A DNA stretch of 61,494 bases from an uncultured Alphaproteobacteria bacterium (lineage in GTDB: Bacteria; Pseudomonadota; Alphaproteobacteria; CAAHEQ01; UBA3637), in NCBI GenBank assembly GCA_949286465.1, contig CASECI010000011.1, positions 1-61,494 on the forward strand. Direction: 5' to 3'. Shown in pieces: positions 10,147 through 20,945 of the stretch (positions are counted from its first letter, which is position 1; each line of letters opens with the position of its first letter). The notes below the pieces were generated by a model. That model was not told the origin of the DNA, made no database searches, and saw only the letters and a program-made list of their open reading frames with translations. Made by a program: the position numbers and the translations under genes.

Positions 10147-10885
10147 TGACTAACTCTTCAAAATTTTTTTGTATATGTTCTATCAGAAATGTAGGTTCTT
10201 CTTGACGAAGATTCGCCATTTTTTCGACTAAAGAAGGAATAACAGATACCTCTTTAGATAAATCAGGAGCATCACTTTCAACTAAAAGCCTATCAATTGG
10301 TGTTTCCTTCAGACATTGTCGAACTTTCTCCCGATTTCTTGGCAAAAAAATTGATGAATAACTAAAATAAGCTCCTAATGCTGATAATTGAGGAATCATA
10401 TTTACATTTCCATGATGAGAATGAGAAACAAAATAGACGGGTCTTTTATTCCTTTTAAGAATATGCAATACTCTATCCCACGCTCTGACACAATGCAGAT
10501 GAAAAGGCCTATTGTATTTTGCAGCTAAATCCATTTGAATGCGCATAACTTGTTCTTGTCTATCTAAGCTTGAAATCAGAGGATCTTGATCCGCTTTTAT
10601 TTTATCCAAACCTATTTCTCCAACCATAAAAGAAGGATTATCTTTTAAAAGTTTTTCTAATCTTTTATCCCAACCCGACTTTAGTGTGCTTAGAAAATAA
10701 GGATGAACACCAAGAGCGACAAAAACATGCGGATATTTTTTAGAAATAGAAATAACTTTTTCCCAATCATCCTCATGCGTTGCATTACAAATAAATCCTG
10801 AGACCCCATTTTCATAAGCTTGTGACATCGTCTCATGCAAGTTCTCAATGTTTTGTAAATGAGTATGAGCATCGCAATAATTCAT
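10130..10885 (-). CDS. TatD family hydrolase
   Basis: DAHTH, GVHP, GEIGLD, LHCV, ESDAPD; true start ATG 10885 (ORF-track extension overlaps trkH). Confidence 0.9.
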   Translation of the reverse strand: MNYCDAHTHLQNIENLHETMSQAYENGVSGFICNATHEDDWEKVISISKKYPHVFVALGVHPYFLSTLKSGWDKRLEKLLKDNPSFMVGEIGLDKIKADQDPLISSLDRQEQVMRIQMDLAAKYNRPFHLHCVRAWDRVLHILKRNKRPVYFVSHSHHGNVNMIPQLSALGAYFSYSSIFLPRNREKVRQCLKETPIDRLLVESDAPDLSKEVSVIPSLVEKMANLRQEEPTFLIEHIQKNFEELVNGRSI

Positions 10886-10960
10886 AGAAAAATTATAGTT
10901 TTTTTCGTTGATTTTTTCAAGCATTAAAAATAAACTACTTTTGGTAAGAGGTAATAAAAA

Positions 10961-12418
10961 ATGCGTTTTAGGCTTGTCTTTTTTATGTGTGGTATGATGG
11001 CAATGCTTTTCGGGGGTCTCATGATGTTCCCCGCTTTTGTAGATCTTTATTACCAAAACAACCTAAGTGCTTATACTTTTTTTAAAGCAGCCTTTTTTAC
11101 TTTATTTGTAGGAGCTGCTATCGTATTTATAACACGACAAGAAATAACGGACAAACTTTCGCCTCAAGAAACTTTTCTAATTACCTCATCTGTTTGGCTT
11201 TGTGCCGCTTTAGTAAGTGCTTTTCCTTTATACTTATCCGCCGGATGCTCTAGTTTTACTGATGCTTTTTTTGAAGCAATGTCTGGTCTAACAACAACTG
11301 GTGCTACAACCTATACGCATCTTGATTCCCTTCCTAAAGGCGTTTTACTCTGGCGTGCAATTACGCATTGGATTGGAGGTATTGGAATTGTTGTCTTAGC
11401 TATCTCTATTCTTCCTACATTACGTGTCGGTGGCATGCAACTTTTTGCAAATGAAAACTCCGACAAATATGAAAAAGATTCACCTTTTCTGGCAACAAAA
11501 ATTAAAGCTATTTTGCTTTTATATTTAGTCTTATCGCTTTTATGTGCTTCTCTATTATACTTAGCAGGAATGTCTTTATTTGATGCTATTGCCCATATGA
11601 TGGCGTGTGTTTCAACCGGAGGTTTTTCAACACATGACACTTCCATCGCTTATTTCAATAATAAAACAATTGACTGGATCCTTATTCTTTTTATGCTTTT
11701 ATCTTCTCTTCCTTTTATGTTTACTGTTGCTTTTTTTACTGGGAAATGGGAAAGAATAAAAAATGATACGCAAGTAAAGTCTTACTTAGCCATGCTTTTG
11801 TTATTTATTTTACCGTCTTCTTTTATTATTTGGCACGCAGGATATTTTCCATCTTTTGAAGAAGCTTTACGGCAAATGACCTTTTCTATCATCTCTATTG
11901 TAACGACAACTGGATTTGTCTTAGATGATTATCAACAATGGGGGCCCTTCTTCATCGCATTCTTCTTCTTTTTGCTCGGCGTTGGAGGATGTACCGGCTC
12001 AACTTCTGGCGGAATAAAGATGTTCCGATTTAATATTGTATTTAAATCTCTTCGCCGACACTTAAAAATGATGATTTTGCCTCATGCCGTTATTGTTCCT
12101 CAATATAATAATAAACCTATTACAGAAGAAATCATTAATAGTGTCATGGTCTTTTTATCTGTATATATTCTAACAATTGTTATTGGAACTCTTATTGTAG
12201 CTGCATCAGGGACAGACTTAATAACCGCTTTATCTGGAACATTCTCTGCCATCTCCAATGTTGGCCCTGGTATCGGAAATGTTATTGGACCTGATAAAAC
12301 ATTCGCCGCAATTCCACCTATAGGAAAATGGACACTCTCTATCGTCATGATGCTAGGACGCTTAGAGTTTATGACCGTTACAGTTTTACTACTGCCAACT
12401 TTATGGAAACGAAAATAA
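10961..12418 (+). CDS. trkH: Trk potassium uptake membrane protein
   Basis: SGLTTTGAT, STGGFS, TTTGF, GGCTGSTSGGIK, SNVGPG, GRLE. Confidence 0.95.
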   Translation: MRFRLVFFMCGMMAMLFGGLMMFPAFVDLYYQNNLSAYTFFKAAFFTLFVGAAIVFITRQEITDKLSPQETFLITSSVWLCAALVSAFPLYLSAGCSSFTDAFFEAMSGLTTTGATTYTHLDSLPKGVLLWRAITHWIGGIGIVVLAISILPTLRVGGMQLFANENSDKYEKDSPFLATKIKAILLLYLVLSLLCASLLYLAGMSLFDAIAHMMACVSTGGFSTHDTSIAYFNNKTIDWILILFMLLSSLPFMFTVAFFTGKWERIKNDTQVKSYLAMLLLFILPSSFIIWHAGYFPSFEEALRQMTFSIISIVTTTGFVLDDYQQWGPFFIAFFFFLLGVGGCTGSTSGGIKMFRFNIVFKSLRRHLKMMILPHAVIVPQYNNKPITEEIINSVMVFLSVYILTIVIGTLIVAASGTDLITALSGTFSAISNVGPGIGNVIGPDKTFAAIPPIGKWTLSIVMMLGRLEFMTVTVLLLPTLWKRK

Positions 12419-12428
12419 GGAGCAAAAA

Positions 12429-12674
12429 ATGTCTTTTTGGGACGATGCACAAAACTTTATGAAAAATAGACCTCAAGAACCTGTTTCTTCGGAAGTCTTT
12501 AATTTGACAGATGGAATGCAAATTGAACAACTTGTTAAAGAACTCAAAATGACCTATGAAAACGCAACTGAGCGTGAAATTCTTAAAACAATCGATCAAG
12601 CTAGAGAACATCTTGGAGATGTCCCAAATCGAAAAGATTTTTATCTCTTCGCCAGAACAAAACTCGAAGATTAA
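12429..12674 (+). CDS. Small hypothetical protein
   Basis: AAGGAG SD, 10 nt after trkH stop. Confidence 0.65.
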   Translation: MSFWDDAQNFMKNRPQEPVSSEVFNLTDGMQIEQLVKELKMTYENATEREILKTIDQAREHLGDVPNRKDFYLFARTKLED

Positions 12675-12757
12675 TTAAACCCATTCTTTACTAAATGTTA
12701 AAAAACGTGTTATATATTAATAACAAATAGTTACGTCTAGATTAAAGGGAGCTCCTT

Positions 12758-15700
12758 ATGAAAAAATTAATCATTGTCTTCTCTATCTTCTTCCTCATTA
12801 TCGGAGGTGTTTTATTTGCTTTAACAAAAACACTTGATGCCGAAAATTACAAAAGTCAAATCATTCAGGCTACACAAGAATTAACAGGCCATACAATGGA
12901 AGTATCTGGACCTGTTGATGTACAACTATTCCCATCTCCTACCATTACTTTAAATGATGTTAAAATAAAAAATATTCCAGGCTCTGCTGCTCCTGACCTA
13001 GCAACGATAAAAAAAGTCATTGCAACTGTTAAATGGGGTTCCTTATTCGAAACCCCTTTGATAATTGAAACAATCTCATTAGATTCTCCCGAGTTCTTTA
13101 TGGAAAGGAGTGAAAAAGGACAAGTAAACTGGGACTTTCCTTTTCTACAAGAAAAAACGATTAATCCAGAACAAGATAATTTAATCGGAAAATCCATCCT
13201 TGAAGTTCCCCCTCAATTTAAAAGTCTTTCAGTTAAAAACGGCTCAATAACTTATATAAATGCTCTCACAGGCTTCAAAAAATCTTTAAATCAAATTAGA
13301 GGTAATTTATCTGCAGACTCCATTAATGGCCCTTTCAAATTTTCTGGCTCTTTTATTTGGAACGAAAATCCTATTCAATTTACTTTGTCTACTGGAAAAC
13401 TATTCGCACAACAATCTTCTGATATTAAATTGTCTCTTGTTGATTCCAATAGTAAAGCTCAAATGAACTTAACTGGGAAAATTGAGAACTTAACAAAAAC
13501 AGCCGATACAACCGGAGGATTTTCTGTAGATATTCCCAAAATGTCTCCTTTCCTTGAAACCCTTGTCGGATATACAAATCTTCCCGATACACTCGAAAAA
13601 CCTCTTATCGGGACGGCAACCTTCTCTTTTTCCAACGAGAAAGCTTCTTTTAATGATATGGCTTTCAGATATGGAACTTCCGAACTTGAAAACTCTATTT
13701 CAGGAGAAATATCCTTTATCTATCCGAAAACAAAAGGAGCTAAAACGCAAATCAATTCCTCTCTTGTGTTAAGCAAAATTGATTTAGATTCTTTTATGCC
13801 TATTTTACCTAAAAAGGACAATTTTAAATCTAAATTCATGTCACTGAATAGAAATATAACTTCTGATTTAAATTTAAAACTGAAAGCGACTTCTGTAACT
13901 TATCGTAATGCTAATCTAACAGGTACGACTTTAAACCTATATTTCCATAATGGAACGACAACATTGAATGAATTTAAAACTTCCTTACCTGGAAATACAA
14001 TTTTAAATATTAAAGGAGATATTGATATTATCGAGAATGCTCCACAAGCAAAGTTAGAAGTCAGCCTAGACTCGCAGGACATGAAAAAAACAACTCAATG
14101 GTTAAATATGACTCTACCTCAATTATTCACCTTTAACAATGTTGAGGGCATCAAAGCTTCTGGAAATCTCACTTTGCGAGAAACTGATATTACCTTATCC
14201 AATATAGATGCTGAAGCTAATGATGGAAAATTAAGTGGAAACATGACCGTATCCCTAACAGAAAAAATACCAACGGCAGCATTGGACTTATCCCTTAAAA
14301 ATATTAATCTTGACTCATATTTAAATATACCTTTATCAAAGGACAAAATATCTCTTTCTTCTTTGTGGAAAAAGATTGAAGAAAACTTACAAGAAAACAC
14401 CTTCTTAAATAAGGTAAATTTAACCTTTGGGCTTAATGGGACAGATATAACATTTAGGAATATTCCAGTAAATAAATTATCCTCTAAGGGACAAATCCAA
14501 AATGGCATGTTAACTCTTCAAGACTTAAAACTAGAAGGAGCAGCAACAGCAAACTTAGCTTTATCTGGTAAAGTTCAAAAGCAAAACAATCAACTTATTT
14601 TCACAGATGTAATATATGATTTTAATGTACCAAGAGCTTCCATTTTCCTTGATAGAGCTTTAATTTCAGCTCCTATTGATGGTCAGTTAAATAATGTTTC
14701 TATTTCCGGTACATTTTCAGGGCAGCCGGATTCTTTTGCTTTCAACACTGTCTTAGGCATGTCACAAGCTCAAATCAAAGCCCAAGGGCAAATACAAAAG
14801 AAAAATGGCATTCCAAACTATGCTGTTAATTTATCCATAGCACATCCGAATTTCCATCAATTCATGAAATTATTTGATGAAAATTTTGATCATTTCCCGT
14901 ATTTAACTGGGACTTTTATCTTCCAAACGACATTAAATGGCACACCTAATTCTTTCTCTCTTTCTGGGATTGATGGGATGATAGGAACGCAACGTTTCAA
15001 AGGGGATGCGACTATTACAAATGATATGACACGTAAAATTCAAGCTAATTTAACATCTCCATTATTTGATTTAGAAAAGATTTATCCTAAAAAAGACATC
15101 ATTCGTGGTATCAACCCAGATACAGGAAGAGCCCAATTTTCCAATGACTTACTCAATTTTGGTGATTTTGAAGGGCTAGACCTTGATATCACTGCTTCAG
15201 CAGATAAAATGACTTTTGATACAACTGATATAGATTTAATGTCAACTCACTTCACCCTTAAAGAAAAAGTTCTTAATTTAGAATATCTCAAAGGCACTCT
15301 TAATGAAGGGAAAATATCAATAGAGGGCTCATTAAACACAAGCACCGCTGAACCGATTATTGATGCTATCATCCAAGGAGAAAATATAAAAGTAGCTCAA
15401 GACAATTGGGCATTAGGAAGATATCGTTTAAAAAATGGAATGGCGACATTCTTATGCGATTTCAATGCACGAGGAAACTCCTTAGAAGATATGGTTCGCT
15501 CTTTATCAGCGAATGGCACTTATTCCGTTAAAGAAGGAACTTTATCAGGTATTGATTTAACAGAAATAGAAAATCAAACAAAACTCATTCTACATAAAGG
15601 TCAACAAGCTGATAATTTCGAAACAACATTAAATAATTTATTAGCTCGTGGGGAAACAGAATTTACCTCATTAAATGGAACTTACAGCATTTCCAATGGA

Positions 15701-16600
15701 ACGCTTAGAACCTCTGATAGTATGCTTCGCTCACCAGAAAGCAATGCTATCATTCAAGCAACGATAGATTTACCAAACTGGACGATTCTATCTTCTATTG
15801 CCTTATCAATGACAGGTTTTGATGGTTTTCCACCTATATCTATTGTTATTAAGGGATTACTCCATTCTCCTGAAATCGAAACAGATATATCAGGTTATGT
15901 TCGTTATCTTACCTCTGCATCTGCTCAAATCAGAGATATCGCTTTGCAAGAAAAATTAGAACGAGAACGCCAACAAGCTCAAATGGACGCAGATCAGAGA
16001 AAAGAAGAGGCCTCTCGTTTAGCTGGCATGGCAAATGCCAAGATAAATGAAACCAATCAAATTATTAAAATAGCTCCTACACCTCAAGGGGAAGAAGAAT
16101 TTATCCGTGCACAAGATGCTGCAGCTATTATTAACGAATTATCTCTTAAGGAAAGTATTTCCGTTACTGATTTAAAGAAAATCGAAGAACAATATAATTT
16201 ATTATTACAAAGAATTAACATTGTTCAAAAAGCTTCTTTAGATATCGCTTTATCCAGCATGCAACAACAAGCTCAAAACATGATGAGCTCTGCTCAAGCA
16301 ACTATGAATGCGATTAACCGCATTTATCAACGGCTTATCGGTGTCGAAATTGTAGATTCTGCATATAAAAAAGGTTTCGAAATGTTTACACTCATGGGAA
16401 GATTAAGAACCTTTATTAATCAATCTCAGGATTTATCTAAGACAACACAAGCATTAACACAAATGAAACAAGCACAAGAAATTCTAACAGAAACTTATAA
16501 TTCTATTTCAAAATTTGATGTTGATGCTCCTACTTCTGAATCTAACTCAAATACATCTTCTCGAGTACGCGGGAAAATTATTCGAAATAATTCATTATAA
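12758..16600 (+). CDS. AsmA family protein with C-terminal coiled-coil extension
   Basis: N-terminal TM, YKSQIIQATQELTG, G..NW motif, beta-rich repeats, GETEFTSL..TY.I.NG C-terminal AsmA motif, then helical Q/E/K-rich tail. Confidence 0.85.
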   Translation: MKKLIIVFSIFFLIIGGVLFALTKTLDAENYKSQIIQATQELTGHTMEVSGPVDVQLFPSPTITLNDVKIKNIPGSAAPDLATIKKVIATVKWGSLFETPLIIETISLDSPEFFMERSEKGQVNWDFPFLQEKTINPEQDNLIGKSILEVPPQFKSLSVKNGSITYINALTGFKKSLNQIRGNLSADSINGPFKFSGSFIWNENPIQFTLSTGKLFAQQSSDIKLSLVDSNSKAQMNLTGKIENLTKTADTTGGFSVDIPKMSPFLETLVGYTNLPDTLEKPLIGTATFSFSNEKASFNDMAFRYGTSELENSISGEISFIYPKTKGAKTQINSSLVLSKIDLDSFMPILPKKDNFKSKFMSLNRNITSDLNLKLKATSVTYRNANLTGTTLNLYFHNGTTTLNEFKTSLPGNTILNIKGDIDIIENAPQAKLEVSLDSQDMKKTTQWLNMTLPQLFTFNNVEGIKASGNLTLRETDITLSNIDAEANDGKLSGNMTVSLTEKIPTAALDLSLKNINLDSYLNIPLSKDKISLSSLWKKIEENLQENTFLNKVNLTFGLNGTDITFRNIPVNKLSSKGQIQNGMLTLQDLKLEGAATANLALSGKVQKQNNQLIFTDVIYDFNVPRASIFLDRALISAPIDGQLNNVSISGTFSGQPDSFAFNTVLGMSQAQIKAQGQIQKKNGIPNYAVNLSIAHPNFHQFMKLFDENFDHFPYLTGTFIFQTTLNGTPNSFSLSGIDGMIGTQRFKGDATITNDMTRKIQANLTSPLFDLEKIYPKKDIIRGINPDTGRAQFSNDLLNFGDFEGLDLDITASADKMTFDTTDIDLMSTHFTLKEKVLNLEYLKGTLNEGKISIEGSLNTSTAEPIIDAIIQGENIKVAQDNWALGRYRLKNGMATFLCDFNARGNSLEDMVRSLSANGTYSVKEGTLSGIDLTEIENQTKLILHKGQQADNFETTLNNLLARGETEFTSLNGTYSISNGTLRTSDSMLRSPESNAIIQATIDLPNWTILSSIALSMTGFDGFPPISIVIKGLLHSPEIETDISGYVRYLTSASAQIRDIALQEKLERERQQAQMDADQRKEEASRLAGMANAKINETNQIIKIAPTPQGEEEFIRAQDAAAIINELSLKESISVTDLKKIEEQYNLLLQRINIVQKASLDIALSSMQQQAQNMMSSAQATMNAINRIYQRLIGVEIVDSAYKKGFEMFTLMGRLRTFINQSQDLSKTTQALTQMKQAQEILTETYNSISKFDVDAPTSESNSNTSSRVRGKIIRNNSL

Positions 16601-16601
16601 G

Positions 16602-16626
16602 AAAAGCCTCCAATTTGGAGGCTTTT
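16602..16626. terminator. Bidirectional rho-independent terminator
   Basis: AAAAGCCTCC-aattt-GGAGGCTTTT between convergent genes. Confidence 0.85.
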
Positions 16627-16660
16627 CTATTCTTTCCTATTAAAAAACGATTAACGTCTC

Positions 16661-17686
16661 TTATTTTTGAGCTGGAATATCTACAACCATACTCTCTTCA
16701 TCAGTTTCTTCCGATTGGTCCATATTTTCAACTTCTTTTTCTTGTGCGGGAGAGCTTGTAGATGAGGAAGCTGGTTGAGAAACTTCTTGACCAGAAAAGA
16801 CATCAAAAACTTTAACTTGTGCTTTATTCCTCTCTTCCTGGATAATTTGAGCAGCCGTTACTTCAGCAAACTTCGCTTTAACTGCGTCTTCTACTTCTTC
16901 ATATGTAGGAGGAGCAGACTTACGAATATCTTCTACTTTAATAACATGCCATCCAAAGGCCGTTTTAACTGGCGTTGTTGAGAATTTTCCTTTTTTCAAC
17001 TTAAATGCAGCATCAGCAAATTCAGGTATCATCATATTTTTTGTAAAATATCCTAAATCTCCTCCATTAAGGGCATTTGGATCTTTATCCAAAGAATATT
17101 TATCAGCTAAAGTTGCAAAATCAGCTCCCGCTTTCAATTGAACAATAATATCATTGGCTTCTTTTTGTGTAGAAACCAAAATGTGGCGAGCTCTAATTTC
17201 ATCTTGAGGAACAAAATTTTTCACTTCTTGTTGATAAATTTCTTGCAATTTATCAGGCGTCATACGTGCTTGTAATTGCTTTGCTAAATAAGCTTGGAAA
17301 AGAATTTGATCTTCAGCATCTTTTAAAGCTTTACGAACATCAGGATTATTTTGCAACCCTTCTTTTTTGGCCTGATCTAAAATAATTTTATTGTTAATAT
17401 AAGCTTCTAACAATTGATTATAAACAACCTGCATAGGAATATCTTTCAATTGAGGAATAGAATTTTTTACTTTTTCTAATTCACTTAACCGAACATCCTC
17501 TCCTCCGACTGTAGCGATAACAGCGCTTTTATCCATCGTTGGCAAAGAAAATGTATTATCTCCCTGTCTTGATAATCCCCAATAGCCTAAAGCGGCTATA
17601 GCAACAATAGCTACACCTCCAAGCAGCCATTTTTTTGAAGTACCTTTTTCTTGAATAATTTTAGCTTCTTTTTTTTCTTTTTTCAT
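16661..17686 (-). CDS. PpiC/parvulin-type peptidyl-prolyl isomerase (PrsA-like foldase)
   Basis: N-terminal TM; ARHILV, GGDLGYF, PVKTAFGWHVIKV. Confidence 0.92.
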   Translation of the reverse strand: MKKEKKEAKIIQEKGTSKKWLLGGVAIVAIAALGYWGLSRQGDNTFSLPTMDKSAVIATVGGEDVRLSELEKVKNSIPQLKDIPMQVVYNQLLEAYINNKIILDQAKKEGLQNNPDVRKALKDAEDQILFQAYLAKQLQARMTPDKLQEIYQQEVKNFVPQDEIRARHILVSTQKEANDIIVQLKAGADFATLADKYSLDKDPNALNGGDLGYFTKNMMIPEFADAAFKLKKGKFSTTPVKTAFGWHVIKVEDIRKSAPPTYEEVEDAVKAKFAEVTAAQIIQEERNKAQVKVFDVFSGQEVSQPASSSTSSPAQEKEVENMDQSEETDEESMVVDIPAQK

Positions 17687-17720
17687 TTTATTTCCTTTCC
17701 AAACAAACTTAAGTTTTAAA

Positions 17721-18143
17721 TTATATATGTCTATTATCTAACAATTGCAAACGAGAAACAAGTCCTTTTATAATACCCTTCATAATACTTGGATGCAAAG
17801 ACATGATTTCATAGAGTTTATCACTTGTCATTTTTAAAGCGATTGTTTCTTCTTTAGCGGTTACAGAAACTTCCACAATCCCTGGATTTAGAGCCGATAG
17901 TTCTCCGAACATTTGTCGAGGTTCTACTTCACTTAATATATTCTCATTCTCCTTAATCTGAACCATCCCATGTAAAATAATAAACAAACTATCACTAACT
18001 GTTCCTTTTTTAACAATTTCTTGATTAGCTTTATAAGCGACTTCTTCACTTGCATAAATAAAGTCACTTAAGGCAGATTCCGACACATCATCAAATGCAG
18101 GTATATTTTTTAAGATAAGGACTTTTTCTAATGTTAATCTCAT
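17721..18143 (-). CDS. Stand-alone cyclic-nucleotide-binding (CAP_ED) domain protein
   Basis: LEKVLILKNIPAF, LFIILHGMV, MFGELSAL; no HTH. Confidence 0.85.
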   Translation of the reverse strand: MRLTLEKVLILKNIPAFDDVSESALSDFIYASEEVAYKANQEIVKKGTVSDSLFIILHGMVQIKENENILSEVEPRQMFGELSALNPGIVEVSVTAKEETIALKMTSDKLYEIMSLHPSIMKGIIKGLVSRLQLLDNRHI

Positions 18144-18152
18144 AAATCACTC

Positions 18153-20945
18153 CTAATTTTTTAAGATGAAAGCTATTGTTTCTTGAATACTTGAGTTATT
18201 ATCTTTTCGGACACTTTCCAAATATTTTCGTAACATCTTTGAGCTTAATCCCATGCGCCCCATCGCCCAAATAGCACTTTGGCGTAAAAGAGGATGAGAG
18301 TCTTGCAAAACATCAGCGATAAATGGCAATAACTGTACATCGCCCATCTTACGCGCACACATTAACGCACAAGCGCGTGTCCATGGGCTCCGATAAGACG
18401 ATTTAGATATTACAAAAGCTAATTGTTCTGTCAGACTCTTCTCTTTTTGAAGAGGCCGAGAAGGAATTTTATCTATCCGTTCATCCATAGACATTTCACG
18501 TAAAACAACTCTTAATTTTCTTAATTTTTTAGGTAAAATATCGTCGACAATTCCCATAGCCGCTGCTCGTTGTTGTTGAGATTTTTCTTCATCTTTTAAT
18601 AAGATTGAAATTGCCTCTTGAAATAAACAAGACGGGTAAAGCAATTTAAGTTCTAACAATAAACTTTTTCGAATCTGATAAAATTCTTTTTCTAAAGAAG
18701 CTCTTAAATTACGAAAAGCATCTTCAGCTTCATGCATAGGGGCATATTCAAAATCCTTCGCAAGCAGTAAAACAATAACAGCTTGACGAAAATCTTTGTC
18801 AATTAACGGTAAAAGGCTTTTTTTCTTTTTACGGGAAGACCACATTAAGTTCATATCTTGCAGATGGCGTAAAATATCTAAGCGCTCATAGAAAGTTACT
18901 TTTTGCAAAACCTGAATAAGAACTTTTTGAGCTTCTAAATCTTCTGATATCCATAAGTATGAAATAAGCGTTTTCTTTATCATCATAGAGGTATGATTAT
19001 CGATCAAAACATCTTCAATAGCTGAGTAAGCTTTAGTTCCATACTCTTTAAGAGCTTCCAAAGCAGAATCTCTTAAATGCATATTTTCAAGAGATTTAAA
19101 TAAAATTGGTAACAACAAAGGATGCTGTATATGACCTGCAGCAAGAATAGCTGTCCGTTTAACATGAAAATCAGAGTCTTTCATTAAAGATAAAATAAGA
19201 CGGTAAAAACCTTTTACAGAACTCTCTTCTAAAATTTCTGCTGCCTGCAAACGGTCTTTTTTATTCCTTGAAGCAACTAATTTATTAATACCCTCTGACG
19301 CAATTAAGATACCTTCTCCCCCTGCTTTTAAAAGACCCACCAAAGCCCCTTTTTTTAGGTCTGGATCATCTAAATATAAAATAGCTTTTTCTTGTGCATA
19401 TTTTTCACCCATAGAACACATAACACGCAAAGCCGTTTGCCTGACTTCTAAATTTGTATCTTTTTCTAATAAATCAGAAACGATTTTACGTAGACCAGAG
19501 ATATTATTTTTCTCTATCCTATTTAGAGCAAAAACACGAACACGTGCATCTGAATGCTTCAACGCGCGGCGAATAAAATTTTTATACCCACTATATTTTG
19601 CATCTTCTAGTACTCGAAGGAAATAAATAGCTTCATCTGCATTAGAACTTCCTGCTTTTTCTGTGACAAAAGATATAACCTTAGGGGTACTAATCAGCAA
19701 TCGCCCTCCTCGCCATCTAAACGTCTTAAATGAAGAAAGTAAAACACGAGCGTATTCTATGCGAGTTAAGAATAAGACGATAAGAAATGTAATAGATAAG
19801 AAAAATCCTAAGAAAGAAAATGCCTTTGAAAACAATCCGAAATAAAATATGACAGCTGTAAAGCAAAAACCAACAGGCTCTAATAAGGAAAGACGGAATA
19901 CTTTCAAACGATATTTATGTCCATGTGTTAAAGGTCTTGGAATCATACGGAAATAATATCCGACGCAAAAATAAGAAATCAGCTCAAAAAGAATTTTCGA
20001 AAAATACATAATCCATTCGAAGCCCGCTTCCCAACCGATCCAGCTTACGACAGGAAGTAAAGCCAATACAGTCATTCCATGTAAGACATTAAAACCATTT
20101 CTGATTTTATATAAAATCAGCATTCCAATGATAGAGATAGCTCCAATCATAGCCCACAATATTGCAATTTGATGAGCAATATGAAGTGTTTGTTTTTCAG
20201 ATTCAATCAGTTCCAAGCAGAAAGTATATTCAATAAAGCAATGAACAGCTGCATACAAAAATGAAGCGCTATAAATCAAAAACATTAAGTTTAATTGTGC
20301 GGGTTCATTAATACCGCCATTTTTGCGGAGCATTTCTTGAGGTGTTTTTTTCTGAAAATGGAAAACAGTCCTAAATAATACGAACATTATTATTCCTAAC
20401 ATAATATTCGCCCAAATAAGCATCTGCATATCAAACCAGGATGGTAATAGTAAAATGCTTATACCCCCGAACAATGTTCCAAAGAAATCAAATAAGACAA
20501 GGAATAAGAATTTTTTAGATTGAAGATTCAATGGCAAAAAACGAAACGCCAATCCCCAGAACCCAATTCCTAAAAGAAGTTTATATGCAAATTTCAAAGA
20601 AAATAATAAATCAAGAGAAGGCTTCCACCCAGAATAAAGACTAAAGAGTAAAAGGGATTGAACAACAACAGCCAAGATAATAAACGTCAAAAGTCCTTTA
20701 CCAAAGCGGCGATCCATAGAAACAGAGAAGAAACCAGCAATACTTAAAAAAACTGCTGATACAATAAATAAGAAACTTAAATCTAGCCGGCCAAATGTCC
20801 CCAAATAAAGTGCTGTTGTCGATGTATCAAACCACACAACACTTACTGCTTGTAAAAAAGCTCCTAACCCTAACAAAGCTATTAGCACAAGTTGTTCAGA
20901 ACTTAAAGATATTAATTTTTCAAAAAAACGCCGAATTTTACTCAT
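18153..20945 (-). CDS. NTT/TLC-like membrane protein with HEAT repeats
   Basis: About 12 hydrophobic segments in the first ~400 aa (FWGLA motif), then HEAT repeats (DARVRVFAL, LEVRQTAL, FHVKRTAI, PLLRQSAIWAMG); followed by cNMP-domain gene. Confidence 0.75.
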   Translation of the reverse strand: MSKIRRFFEKLISLSSEQLVLIALLGLGAFLQAVSVVWFDTSTTALYLGTFGRLDLSFLFIVSAVFLSIAGFFSVSMDRRFGKGLLTFIILAVVVQSLLLFSLYSGWKPSLDLLFSLKFAYKLLLGIGFWGLAFRFLPLNLQSKKFLFLVLFDFFGTLFGGISILLLPSWFDMQMLIWANIMLGIIMFVLFRTVFHFQKKTPQEMLRKNGGINEPAQLNLMFLIYSASFLYAAVHCFIEYTFCLELIESEKQTLHIAHQIAILWAMIGAISIIGMLILYKIRNGFNVLHGMTVLALLPVVSWIGWEAGFEWIMYFSKILFELISYFCVGYYFRMIPRPLTHGHKYRLKVFRLSLLEPVGFCFTAVIFYFGLFSKAFSFLGFFLSITFLIVLFLTRIEYARVLLSSFKTFRWRGGRLLISTPKVISFVTEKAGSSNADEAIYFLRVLEDAKYSGYKNFIRRALKHSDARVRVFALNRIEKNNISGLRKIVSDLLEKDTNLEVRQTALRVMCSMGEKYAQEKAILYLDDPDLKKGALVGLLKAGGEGILIASEGINKLVASRNKKDRLQAAEILEESSVKGFYRLILSLMKDSDFHVKRTAILAAGHIQHPLLLPILFKSLENMHLRDSALEALKEYGTKAYSAIEDVLIDNHTSMMIKKTLISYLWISEDLEAQKVLIQVLQKVTFYERLDILRHLQDMNLMWSSRKKKKSLLPLIDKDFRQAVIVLLLAKDFEYAPMHEAEDAFRNLRASLEKEFYQIRKSLLLELKLLYPSCLFQEAISILLKDEEKSQQQRAAAMGIVDDILPKKLRKLRVVLREMSMDERIDKIPSRPLQKEKSLTEQLAFVISKSSYRSPWTRACALMCARKMGDVQLLPFIADVLQDSHPLLRQSAIWAMGRMGLSSKMLRKYLESVRKDNNSSIQETIAFILKN

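Noticed and set aside
10886-11056. His-rich N-terminal extension of TatD in the ORF track
   Set aside because: Overlaps the trkH start on the opposite strand; the TatD motif begins at ATG 10885. Similar upstream extensions were trimmed for slyB-like, SIMPL, perR, rbr, ettA, dut and fadL-like genes.
12676-12757. CtrA-like TTAA-N7-TTAA box upstream of asmA (also GANTC pair near 29467-29485)
   Set aside because: Imperfect matches in very AT-rich DNA, expected by chance.
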